A stretch of DNA of 63,246 nt from positions 1 through 63,246 of the forward strand of contig DASQJU010000167.1 in the NCBI GenBank assembly GCA_035630915.1. The letters run 5' to 3'. The notes beneath the pieces are model-generated. The model was not told where the DNA came from, ran no database searches, and saw nothing but the letters and a program-made list of their open reading frames with translations. This DNA is from Allosphingosinicella sp. (GTDB lineage Bacteria > Pseudomonadota > Alphaproteobacteria > Sphingomonadales > Sphingomonadaceae). Below, piece by piece: positions 54,944 to 63,246 of the stretch (its first letter is position 1; every line of letters starts with the position of its first letter). Both the position numbers and the translations under genes were made by a program.

Positions 54944-55734
54944 GGACGGTCTCCCTGGGCGAGGGCGGTTGTTGCGACGGGGATACGATCGGCGCCCTCG
55001 GGGGCGACGAAGGTGAAGGTCTCGGGCGTAATGGTCGGGTTGAGATCCCAGGTCAGCCGCGCCTGATAATCGGGATGGGCCGGATCGCGCAGATCGGTGA
55101 TCCGGTACATGCACGGCAAAGGCGCATCGCCGGTCTCGATCCAGATCTCCCAATCGACGTCCGGCTGGCGGAACGCATAATGGGTGCAGGTCTTGTCGTC
55201 GATCGCCTCGACGCCGATCACCATCGCCGAGGTCAGGCGCTGGGTCAGCTCGGGATTGGCGCCGAACTCGAACAGGTCGACGAAGGGAATGACGAGGCCG
55301 AGCCGATTGGCTGCGGCTTCGAGCATCTCCTTGATGCTGGGCGGCGCCTGGACCGTGGCATAATAAGCCTGGCGCGGCGCCCAGATCGTCAGCGTCCGCC
55401 CGTCATAGAAATATTGCCGGCGCTTGCGCGTCGAATCGAGATTGGCGCGCAGATGGCCGGGGCGCTGCGCGATCAGGTCGATGGCCCCCGTATATTGAAT
55501 CGTCTGGCCGGTCTCGAGCACCTCTTCGGTGGTGATGTCGCCGGTGACGCCGAAGGTCATGATCGTGCGCAGATGATCGCCCATCCGCTCCAGCGCACTG
55601 ATCGCCTCCGGATCGCGTTGGTTTGCCGGCGCCGCCGTAGCGGTCGGCGCGGTTGTTCGGGGGGCCTGGGCGGCAGCGCCGCCGGCGAGCAGAAGAAGCG
55701 CGGCGAAAGCCGGCGCGGCCGGGGCAAGGCGCAT
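54940..55734 (-). CDS. Periplasmic DUF2092-like protein
   Basis: Signal peptide; QRPGHLR, YDGRTLTI, YYATV.AP, CTHYAFRQPDVDWEIWI, PLPC, FTFVAPEGA. ATG 55734 after GGGAG. Confidence 0.8.
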   Translation of the reverse strand: MRLAPAAPAFAALLLLAGGAAAQAPRTTAPTATAAPANQRDPEAISALERMGDHLRTIMTFGVTGDITTEEVLETGQTIQYTGAIDLIAQRPGHLRANLDSTRKRRQYFYDGRTLTIWAPRQAYYATVQAPPSIKEMLEAAANRLGLVIPFVDLFEFGANPELTQRLTSAMVIGVEAIDDKTCTHYAFRQPDVDWEIWIETGDAPLPCMYRITDLRDPAHPDYQARLTWDLNPTITPETFTFVAPEGADRIPVATTALAQGDRP

Positions 55735-55869
55735 CTGACAAATCTCCCTTGTTGTGCAATGCGAGTCTGACCATGTTCCCCGCGGCGGTCCCATCGGGCC
55801 CAACCCCAAAGAGTCAGGAGAAAACCCCGAGGAAAGCGCATGGGGATTCCCGGTAGGGGACCCTAGGCA

Positions 55870-56619
55870 TCACGCCGCCTCGTCCGCATCCCCCCGCTCC
55901 AGCGTGACGCTGACGCGGATCAGGGTGCCGGCGGCCGCTCCGGGCTTGATATCGAGGCCACCGCCGATGTCCGCCACGCGCGCCTGGATCGAGCGGAGCC
56001 CGACCCCGAGCATCGCCGCCTCGCCGCCGGCATCGAAGCCGACGCCGTCGTCCTCGATTTCGAGCTCGATCCGCTCCCCGATCCGGTTGCAGCGGATCGC
56101 CACGAAGCTGGGGTTGGCGTGCCGTCCGGCATTGATCAGCGCTTCCTGCGCGACTCGGTAGAGCGCTTCCTCGATCTCGGCAGGAAGCCGGCCGCGAATG
56201 TTGGATTCGAACCGGACGTGGAACCGAGCCCGCTTGCCCAGTCCGCGCACCATCGCCTCCAGCGCGGCGCCGAGTCCTCCATCCGAAACGGGAGGCGGAT
56301 GAAGCACATAACTCATAGTGCGCAGATCGTTCTGGGTCTGATCGATCAGCGCGCAGGTTTCGTCGAGCAGCTCCCGCGTGGCGGCCGCCCGGCAATGCCT
56401 GCCCAGCCTTCTGAGATTGAGATTGATGGCAACGAGATCCTGGGCGGTGGTGTCGTGCAGGTCCCGGGCGATGCGATGCCGCTCCATTTCCTCGACCCGC
56501 GCGAGAAGCCGGAACAAGGCCCGCTTCTCGGCGCGCGTATCGACCGACGACTCGACCGCTCTCAATAGCGGCGCATCGTGCCCGTCACGGGCGAAATGCG
56601 CGGAAAACCCTTGATCCAT
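55870..56619 (-). CDS. NarX/UhpB-type histidine kinase without sensor domain
   Basis: ERHRIARDLHD (HisKA_3 H-box), LYRVAQEALINAGRHA, IEDDGVGFD, GVGLRSIQARV. Confidence 0.88.
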   Translation of the reverse strand: MDQGFSAHFARDGHDAPLLRAVESSVDTRAEKRALFRLLARVEEMERHRIARDLHDTTAQDLVAINLNLRRLGRHCRAAATRELLDETCALIDQTQNDLRTMSYVLHPPPVSDGGLGAALEAMVRGLGKRARFHVRFESNIRGRLPAEIEEALYRVAQEALINAGRHANPSFVAIRCNRIGERIELEIEDDGVGFDAGGEAAMLGVGLRSIQARVADIGGGLDIKPGAAAGTLIRVSVTLERGDADEAA

Positions 56620-57055
56620 CAGCCAATTCCCTTCCCGATCATGGCAGATGCCGAGGCTTCAAAACGCCGCCTCGCGTCCGGGCTTGCCCTCCCCCCCAAG
56701 CGTTCCACGACCTCCTTTGTTTTTTGCCATCCGATAAGGGTTTGTAGCGTCGAGAAGCTTCCCTAGGGTATTCGGGTAAGCCCCTAGGTATTCTTGGGGG
56801 CCTTCTCCCTAGGGCGCCTCAGCGTTTCGCCCGCGGACCCCCGACTCTTCGGCGCCGCACCCGGACGACCCGCGACTCGATCCCGCTTTTCCATCGCGGT
56901 CTTTGGGGTGATTCCCCGATAGCGCGAGGTCCCTCGATCCCGACAATGGGCACCGGCGGACCGCAAGTGAAGGCGGGCGGCGGTCCGTGTGCGTGGCTCC
57001 AATGACAGGGGGCGAGAACGACCAGGGAAATCTCTCTTCACTGCGACGTACGTCG

Positions 57056-57721
57056 ATGATCAGTCACGACGGACAGGCGTATGAGACGAAGAAGGTGATG
57101 GTCGTCGACGATCACTTGATCGTCCGGCGCGGGATCATCTCGATGATCACCGACGATCCGGCCTTTACGGTATGCGGCGAGGCCGACGACGGGCCCCAGG
57201 CACTGGACCTTGCCCGAGAGACGAGACCGGACATCGTGGTGCTGGACATCTCGCTGCCCCGGATCGGCGGGATCGACGTCGCGGTCCAGCTGCGCAGAAT
57301 CGTGCCGGAGGCCGAAATCCTGTTTCTGACAGTGCACGACAATGAAGGGATCGTTTCCGACGCGCTGCGTGTCGGCGCGCGCGCCTATGTTCTCAAGTCA
57401 GAATGCGACGACAAGCTGATGGAGGCGCTGCGGGCGCTGGCGCGGCACCAGCCCTATTTCGCGGCCCACGTCTCGGAGCGGCTGCTCGAATCCTATTTGA
57501 ACACCCACGCCAGCTTCGATCCGGTCCAGCTGAGCCCGCGCGAGCGCCAGGTCGTCACCCTCGTCGCCGAAGGGAACAGCAACAAGGTGATCGCCTCCAT
57601 GCTGGGGGTCAGCGTCAAGACCATCGAAACCCACCGCAGCTCCGCGATGCGCAAGGTCGGCGCGAAGTCCTCGGCCGACCTCGCGCTCTACGCCGCGCGC
57701 CACCGGATGGTTCAGCTCTGA
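57056..57721 (+). CDS. NarL/FixJ-family response regulator
   Basis: VVDDH, PDIVVLDISLP (phospho-Asp), YVLK, LSPRERQV..GNSNKVIA..SVKTIETHR. Start uncertain. Confidence 0.92.
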   Translation: MISHDGQAYETKKVMVVDDHLIVRRGIISMITDDPAFTVCGEADDGPQALDLARETRPDIVVLDISLPRIGGIDVAVQLRRIVPEAEILFLTVHDNEGIVSDALRVGARAYVLKSECDDKLMEALRALARHQPYFAAHVSERLLESYLNTHASFDPVQLSPRERQVVTLVAEGNSNKVIASMLGVSVKTIETHRSSAMRKVGAKSSADLALYAARHRMVQL

Positions 57722-58746
57722 ACGGGCGCCGGCCTCGAAGCGGCCGGCAGCGACTTTCGCGCAAGGGAGGGCGGCACGCCGAAGGTCTGTGTGTACCAGC
57801 GGGTGAAGGCGCCGAGCGAAGAATAGCCGAGCACGTCGGCAATATCGGTGAGCCGCATCCTAGGGTTGGCGAGATGCTGCTGGGCGAGCTGGGAGCGGAT
57901 CCGCTCCAGGATGTCGGTAAAGCTCGTGCCGTCGGCGTCGAGACCGCGCTGGAGCGTCCTGAGGTTCAGCCCGAGCGCGAGCGCAACCGATTTGATGGAG
58001 GCCCCGCCCGTGGGGAGCAGCATCAGCACGGCATGCTCCACCTCCTGGGTCAGAGTCCGCCGATCCGCGGCCATGACCGACTCGATCAGGGTGCCCGCAT
58101 GGAGCGCCAGGGCAGGTTCGGCGCGCGGATTGGGCCGGTCCAGATGGGCCGGATCGAGAACCATGCCGTTGAGCTCGGCGTCGAAATGGACCGGGCAGCG
58201 AAACAGCTGCCGATAGACCTCCAGCTCGCGCGGTTCCGGCCGGGAATAGGTGAAGCAGACGCTTTCCGCGTGCCATCCCGGGCCGAGCACCGACGCGCAC
58301 ATGTGCGCCAGGACTCCGAGGGCGAGGTCCGAGGCCTGGCGCGAATGGACCGGCGGATCGAGCGCAAAATCCTCGCGCAACACGACGGCGCCGGGATGCT
58401 CGTCAACGCTGAGGACGAGCGTGGAATTCATCCGGTGGCGATTCTGGGCCATGATCGCGAGCGCGGCGCGCAGCGTCGGCTGGTGCGCGATCAGCAGGCT
58501 GATCATCCCGAGATCCGCGAGGCTGCGGCAGGTCGCCATGCGCAGCGCGAAGGTCGGGCAGCCGGAAGCGGCCGCGCTGGATTCGAGCAAGGCGATGGCC
58601 GAGCGCGCAGGGATCACCTGCTCCGGGCTGAGCAGCATGGCCCGGCTGAGGCCAGCCGCGCGCAGATGCGGCAAGGGGTCGAGGCCCAGCTGCCCCGCAA
58701 CATCGAAATAGCCGGTCAGCGCCGCAACCCGCACGAGCTCAGCCAT
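57712..58746 (-). CDS. AraC-family regulator (OruR/Arabinose_bd_2 type)
   Basis: LRTLQRGL..GTSF, LTDIADVLGYSSLGAFTRWY..FGVPPS. GGGAGG RBS before ATG 58746. Confidence 0.9.
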   Translation of the reverse strand: MAELVRVAALTGYFDVAGQLGLDPLPHLRAAGLSRAMLLSPEQVIPARSAIALLESSAAASGCPTFALRMATCRSLADLGMISLLIAHQPTLRAALAIMAQNRHRMNSTLVLSVDEHPGAVVLREDFALDPPVHSRQASDLALGVLAHMCASVLGPGWHAESVCFTYSRPEPRELEVYRQLFRCPVHFDAELNGMVLDPAHLDRPNPRAEPALALHAGTLIESVMAADRRTLTQEVEHAVLMLLPTGGASIKSVALALGLNLRTLQRGLDADGTSFTDILERIRSQLAQQHLANPRMRLTDIADVLGYSSLGAFTRWYTQTFGVPPSLARKSLPAASRPAPVQS

Positions 58747-58859
58747 GATCATGCCTCCCATTTCGGCCAAGGTCATGAGATCGGAAGTTAGTGTCATGAA
58801 CGGTTAAATCCGAAACCGCAATCGGCGGTAATCCCGAGTTCCTCAGGAACAGGATTCAC

Positions 58860-59837
58860 ATGGCAACCGCAGTTCGATTTTATGAGGCCGGAGGGCCCGA
58901 GGTGCTTCGCGTCGAGCAGGTCGAGGTCGGCGCGCCCGGCCCGGGCGAAGTCCGCATCCGCCACGAGGCGATCGGGCTCAACTTCGCCGACACCTATTTC
59001 CGCATGGGCTATTACCCGGTGCCGGTGCCGAACGGCATGGGCGTCGAAGCTGCCGGGGTGATCGACTCCGTCGGCGACGGCGTCACCGGCTTCGCCCCGG
59101 GCGACCGCGTGACCTATACCGGCAGCCCGCTCGGCGCTTACGCGACCGAGCGCGTCATGCCGGCTGGCAGCCTGATCAAGCTGCCCGATTCGATCGAATG
59201 CGAGACCGCCGCGGCGATGACCATGCGCGGCCTCACCGCCTCCTACCTTCTGCTGCGCATCTGCCCCTGGCTCAAGGCCGGCGACACGATCCTGCTCCAC
59301 GCCGCCGCCGGCGGAGTCGGGCTGATCGTCTCGCAATGGGCGAAGATCCTGGGGCTGCGCGTGATCGGCACCGTCTCGAACGGCAAGAAAGCCGCGCTGG
59401 CGATGGCCCACGGCTGCGACGAGATCATCCTCTACGGCCAGGAAGACGTCCCTTCCCGAGTGCGCGAGTTGACCGGCGGCGAAGGCGTGCCGCTGGTGAT
59501 CGACACCGTCGGCAAGGACACGTTCGAAGGCTCGCTCGCCTCGCTCAAGCGGCGCGGACTCCTCGTCTGCGCGGGCACCTCCTCGGGCCCGGTTCCGCCG
59601 ATCGACGCACTCCAGCTGGCGATGAAGGGCTCGCTCTACGTCACTCGCCCGGCGCTCGCCGACTATATCGCCGATCCGACCGAGCGCGCGGATCTTGCCG
59701 GCCAGCTATTCGAACATGTCGCGGCGGGCCGCATCCGGATCGAGATCAACCAGCGCTACCGGCTCGAGGACGCGGTCCAGGCGCATAGGGACATCGAGGC
59801 GCGCAAGACCACCGGCTCCTCGATCTTCGCGGTCTGA
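58860..59837 (+). CDS. qor: NADPH:quinone oxidoreductase (zeta-crystallin MDR family)
   Basis: GGPEVL, GLNFADTYFRMGYY, HAAAGGVG, GSLYVTRP, RKTTGS. Confidence 0.88.
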   Translation: MATAVRFYEAGGPEVLRVEQVEVGAPGPGEVRIRHEAIGLNFADTYFRMGYYPVPVPNGMGVEAAGVIDSVGDGVTGFAPGDRVTYTGSPLGAYATERVMPAGSLIKLPDSIECETAAAMTMRGLTASYLLLRICPWLKAGDTILLHAAAGGVGLIVSQWAKILGLRVIGTVSNGKKAALAMAHGCDEIILYGQEDVPSRVRELTGGEGVPLVIDTVGKDTFEGSLASLKRRGLLVCAGTSSGPVPPIDALQLAMKGSLYVTRPALADYIADPTERADLAGQLFEHVAAGRIRIEINQRYRLEDAVQAHRDIEARKTTGSSIFAV

Positions 59838-59850
59838 CGGGAGGTTGGTG

Positions 59851-60699
59851 ATGCGCGTCGAGCCCTTGACCACCCATATCGGCGCCGAGCTAACCGGCGT
59901 CGACCTGGCCGAGGCGGCGTGGAACAACGATTTGTTCGGCGCGATCAAGGAGCAGCTGCTGAAGCACAAGGTGCTGTTCCTGCGCGACCAGGCGATCGGC
60001 GCGGCCGATCATGTCGCCTTCGCCCAGCGGTTCGGCGAGCTCGAAAGCCATCCCGTGGTCGGCAGCGATCCCGAACATCCAGGCCTCGTCCGCATCTACA
60101 AGGACATGGATTCCCCGGCGGACCATTTCGAAAATGCCTGGCATTGCGACGCAACCTGGCGGGAGATCCCGCCGATGGGCGCGGTGCTGCGCTGCGTCGA
60201 GGGCCCGGCCGTCGGCGGCGACACGATCTGGGCCAACATGGCCCGGGCCTATGACGAGCTGCCCGACCATATCAAAGCGACCATTGCGGACTTGAGGGCG
60301 CGCCATTCGATCGAGGCGACGTTCGGCGCGCGCATGCCGATCGAGCAGCGCCTCGCGCTCAAGGCGCAATATCCCGACGCCGAGCATCCGGTCGTCCGCA
60401 CCCATCCCGAAACCGGCGAGAAGGTGCTGTTCGTCAGCGGCTTCACCACTCATTTCACCAATTTCCACACCAGCGCGAACGTGCGCTACGGCCAGGATTT
60501 CGCGCCCGGCAGCGCGAACCTGCTCAGCTATCTGATCGGGCGCGCCGCCATCCCCGAATATCAGGTGCGCTGGCGCTGGCAGCCGAACAGCGTCGCCATC
60601 TGGGACAATCGCTGCACGCAGCACTATGCGGTGATGGACTACTGGCCGGCGGTCAGGAAGATGGAACGGGCCGGGATCGTCGGCGACCGACCCTACTAA
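59851..60699 (+). CDS. TauD/TfdA-family Fe(II)/2-oxoglutarate dioxygenase
   Basis: IGAELTGVDL, HKVLFLRDQ, WHCDAT (HxD), GGDTIWAN, HPVVRTHPETG, WDNRCTQHYA. Confidence 0.92.
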   Translation: MRVEPLTTHIGAELTGVDLAEAAWNNDLFGAIKEQLLKHKVLFLRDQAIGAADHVAFAQRFGELESHPVVGSDPEHPGLVRIYKDMDSPADHFENAWHCDATWREIPPMGAVLRCVEGPAVGGDTIWANMARAYDELPDHIKATIADLRARHSIEATFGARMPIEQRLALKAQYPDAEHPVVRTHPETGEKVLFVSGFTTHFTNFHTSANVRYGQDFAPGSANLLSYLIGRAAIPEYQVRWRWQPNSVAIWDNRCTQHYAVMDYWPAVRKMERAGIVGDRPY

Positions 60700-60733
60700 A
60701 CCCTTATTTTCACCCTCGCAGGAGGCAATAACA

Positions 60734-61792
60734 ATGCAATTTCTCGACGATTCCCTGCTTCCGGAAACCCAGGACAAGCTGGTCATCACCGTCGCCCCCT
60801 ACGGGCCGGAATGGGAGGTCTCCGACTTCCCGGAGGACATCCCTCTGACGATGGAAGAGCAGGCGCAGAAAGCGGTCGACTGCTACAATGCGGGCGCCAC
60901 CGTGCTTCACCTCCACGTCCGCGAGCTGGACGGCAAGGGATCGAAGCGCCTCTCCAAGTTCAACGAGCTGCTCGGCATGATCCGCGCGCGCGTGCCCGAG
61001 CTGATCCTCCAGGTCGGCGGCTCGATCTCCTTCGCGCCCGAGGGCGAGGGCGCCGAGGCCAAGTGGCTGTCGGACGACACCCGCCACATGCTCGCCGATC
61101 TCGAGCCCAAGCCGGACCAGGTGACGATCGCCGTCAACACCTCGCAGTTCAACATCATGGACCTGATGACCGAGGAAGAATACGGCCCGACCAGCCTCGC
61201 CAATCCGGAGACCTATCGCGCCTATCGCGAGATGATCGTTCCGGCGGGCCCGGAATGGGTCGAGGAGCATCTGCGCCGCCTGACCGGCGCCGGCATCCAG
61301 CCCCATTTCCAGCTGACCAAGATGCCCGATCTCGAGACGGTCGAGCGCCTCGTCCGTCGCGGCCTCTACAAGGGGCCGCTCAACCTGACCTGGATCGGCA
61401 TCGGCGGCGGCTTCGACGGCCCCAATCCAAACAATTTCATGGAGTTCATCCGCCGCGCCCCGGACGGCTCGACGATCACCGCGGAATCGGTGATGCGCAG
61501 CGTCCTGCCGCTCAACACGATGGCGATCGCCATGGGCATGCACGCCCGCTGCGGCAACGAGGACACGCTCTACGGCCCCGACGGCGGCAAGATCACCTCG
61601 GTTCAGCAGGTCGAGCAGCTCGTGCGCATCTCGCGCGAGCTCGGCCGCGAGGTCGCGACCTGTCAGGAGGCCCGCGGAATCTACAAGATCGGCGTCCAGT
61701 ATAACAGCGTCGAGGAAACGCTGGCGAAGCTCGGCATGCCGCCGAACCGCGAGCGCGGCCAGCGCGCGCTGCCCGTGCGCTACGCGGCCTAA
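60734..61792 (+). CDS. Beta-keto acid cleavage enzyme (BKACE/DUF849)
   Basis: KLVITVAP, CYNAGATVLHLHVR (Zn HxH), HARCGNEDT, ELGREVAT. Confidence 0.88.
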   Translation: MQFLDDSLLPETQDKLVITVAPYGPEWEVSDFPEDIPLTMEEQAQKAVDCYNAGATVLHLHVRELDGKGSKRLSKFNELLGMIRARVPELILQVGGSISFAPEGEGAEAKWLSDDTRHMLADLEPKPDQVTIAVNTSQFNIMDLMTEEEYGPTSLANPETYRAYREMIVPAGPEWVEEHLRRLTGAGIQPHFQLTKMPDLETVERLVRRGLYKGPLNLTWIGIGGGFDGPNPNNFMEFIRRAPDGSTITAESVMRSVLPLNTMAIAMGMHARCGNEDTLYGPDGGKITSVQQVEQLVRISRELGREVATCQEARGIYKIGVQYNSVEETLAKLGMPPNRERGQRALPVRYAA

Positions 61793-61799
61793 GGGCGGG

Positions 61800-63095
61800 A
61801 TGACCGCAATATCCCTTGAGCAGGCGGGTGGGGACCGGCCGGGCGCTGCACCCCGGCCGGCTGCCTATGCCTGGGTGGTCTTCGCCCTCACTTTCGGCCT
61901 GCTCATCTCGGATTACATGGCGCGTCAGGTGCTCAATGCGGTCTTTCCGCTGCTGAAGGCGGAATGGGCGCTCAGCGACACGCAGCTTGGCGCGCTGAGC
62001 GGCGTCGTCGCCTTGATGGTCGGCCTGCTCACCTTCCCGCTGTCCCTGCTTGCCGACCGCTGGGGCTGGATCCGCTCGATCACCCTGATGGCGGTGCTGT
62101 GGAGCATCGCCACCCTGGTCTGCGGCATGGCCAAATCCTACGAGGCGATGTTCGCCGGTCGGCTCCTCGTCGGCATCGGCGAGGCCGCCTATGGCAGCGT
62201 CGGCATCGCCGTCGTCGTCAGCGTCTTTCCCAAGTCGATGCGCGCCACGCTCGCCGCCGCTTTCATGGCGGGCGGCCTTGTCGGCCAGGTTCTCGGCGTC
62301 GGCCTCGGTGGCTATATCGCGGATATCTATGGCTGGCGGACCGCCTTCGTCGCCATCGCCATCGGCGGCCTCGCCCTCGCCCTTGTCTACCCGCTCGTGG
62401 TGCAGCAGCGGCGGACGAACGCGCTGGCCGAGCGGCTCGGCAACGCGCCCGGAAGGTCGGAAGGCGCCCGGCCCTCGCTCAAGCTCCTGTTCGCCCGGCG
62501 CGCGCTCATTTGCGCCTATGTCGGCAGTGGACTCCAGCTCTACGTCGGGGGCGCTCTGCCGGCCTGGCTCCCCACCTATTTCCATGATTATTACGGCCTC
62601 AGCGTCAGCGCCGCGGCGGTGCGCGCCGCGATGTTCCTTCTCGCCGGCGGTGCCGGCATGGTACTCTGCGCGATGCTCAGCGATCGCCTGTCGCGGCGGC
62701 GCCCGTCCGCCAAATATACGCTCGCCTTCACCTGCAGCCTGCTGTGCGCAACCGCCTTGCTCATCGCCTTCGCCCTGCCGCCGGGCCCGTTGCAGCTTGC
62801 GGCGCTCGCCGTTGGCATGTTCTTCGCCGCGGCCACCAGCGGACCCGCCGGGGCGATGGTCGCCAATCTGACGCCACTACGTATCCACGGCAGCGCCTTC
62901 GCCACCTTGACCGTCGCCAACAACGCGCTCGGGCTGGCGGCGGGGCCGATCCTCACCGGCCGGCTCGCCGACTCCTGGGGCCTCGCGGGTGCGCTGGCGG
63001 TGCTGCCGGTGCCGTGCGTCGCCGCCGCGATCATCTTCTGGATCGGCCGCCGCTCCTATCCGGCCGACCTCGCCGCCAGCGCGGCCCAGGGCTGA
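61800..63095 (+). CDS. MFS transporter
   Basis: SDYMARQ, LSDTQLG, LADRWG, GRLLVGIGEAAY; multiple TM segments. Confidence 0.9.
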   Translation: MTAISLEQAGGDRPGAAPRPAAYAWVVFALTFGLLISDYMARQVLNAVFPLLKAEWALSDTQLGALSGVVALMVGLLTFPLSLLADRWGWIRSITLMAVLWSIATLVCGMAKSYEAMFAGRLLVGIGEAAYGSVGIAVVVSVFPKSMRATLAAAFMAGGLVGQVLGVGLGGYIADIYGWRTAFVAIAIGGLALALVYPLVVQQRRTNALAERLGNAPGRSEGARPSLKLLFARRALICAYVGSGLQLYVGGALPAWLPTYFHDYYGLSVSAAAVRAAMFLLAGGAGMVLCAMLSDRLSRRRPSAKYTLAFTCSLLCATALLIAFALPPGPLQLAALAVGMFFAAATSGPAGAMVANLTPLRIHGSAFATLTVANNALGLAAGPILTGRLADSWGLAGALAVLPVPCVAAAIIFWIGRRSYPADLAASAAQG

Positions 63096-63246
63096 TGCGC
63101 CTCCCCGCCCTGCTCGAGAAGCCGCGCCAGCTCGCGCCGGGCCTCGTCGCCAGCCTGGTCATCGCAGCGGCGGCGACCTTCCTCTCCCAGCATTACGGCG
63201 CGCCGGTCATGCTGTTCGCACTGCTGCTCGGCATGGCGATGAACTT
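63095..63246 (+). CDS. YeiH/UPF0324 putative sulfate exporter, partial
   Basis: Not in the ORF track. ATG overlaps the MFS stop and reads MRLPALLEKPRQLAPGLVASLVIAAAATFLSQHYGAPVMLFALLLGMAMN. Confidence 0.75.
   Translation, partial: MRLPALLEKPRQLAPGLVASLVIAAAATFLSQHYGAPVMLFALLLGMAMN

Noticed and set aside
47981-63246. Accessory modules as a mobile genomic island
   Set aside because: No integrase, transposase, tRNA or flanking direct repeats were recognised. Horizontal origin cannot be shown without comparative data.

Overview
GC-rich alphaproteobacterial DNA, most consistent with a sphingomonad (inferred from gene content). It holds five blocks. (1) 1-6936: hexuronate/pectin-monomer catabolism (kduD partial, kduI, LacI repressor, uxaA, FAH-family hydratase, ExuT-like MFS, TauE) with three copies of a TGACACCGGTTWCC operator. 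(2) 6933-43653: a near-complete ~36 kb gamma-proteobacterial-type flagellar cluster (flg/fli/flh genes, fliA, flgM, two sigma54 activators, two different stator pairs, a motAB-coupled diguanylate cyclase). It has readable sigma54 and sigma28 promoters and FleQ-like boxes, plus weaker CtrA-like sites. (3) 43758-47967: an MlaEFD/PqiC-type ABC system and a nitroreductase. (4) 47981-57721: an uncharacterised envelope module with a DcaP-type porin, a Tat-signal glutaminase, a secreted amidohydrolase, a second outer-membrane barrel, YqhA, a DUF2092-like protein, a secreted Gly-X-Y/RGG repeat protein, and a sensorless kinase plus NarL-type regulator. Arrays of GGG-N5/6-CCC palindromes sit in its intergenic regions. 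This is the best candidate for an undescribed system. (5) 57712-63246: AraC regulator, quinone oxidoreductase, TauD dioxygenase, BKACE, MFS and YeiH (partial), a catabolic operon of unknown substrate. No rRNA, tRNA, CRISPR array or mobile element was recognised. All family calls are by motif recognition, with no database search. Many start codons were re-picked from RBS and overlap evidence.
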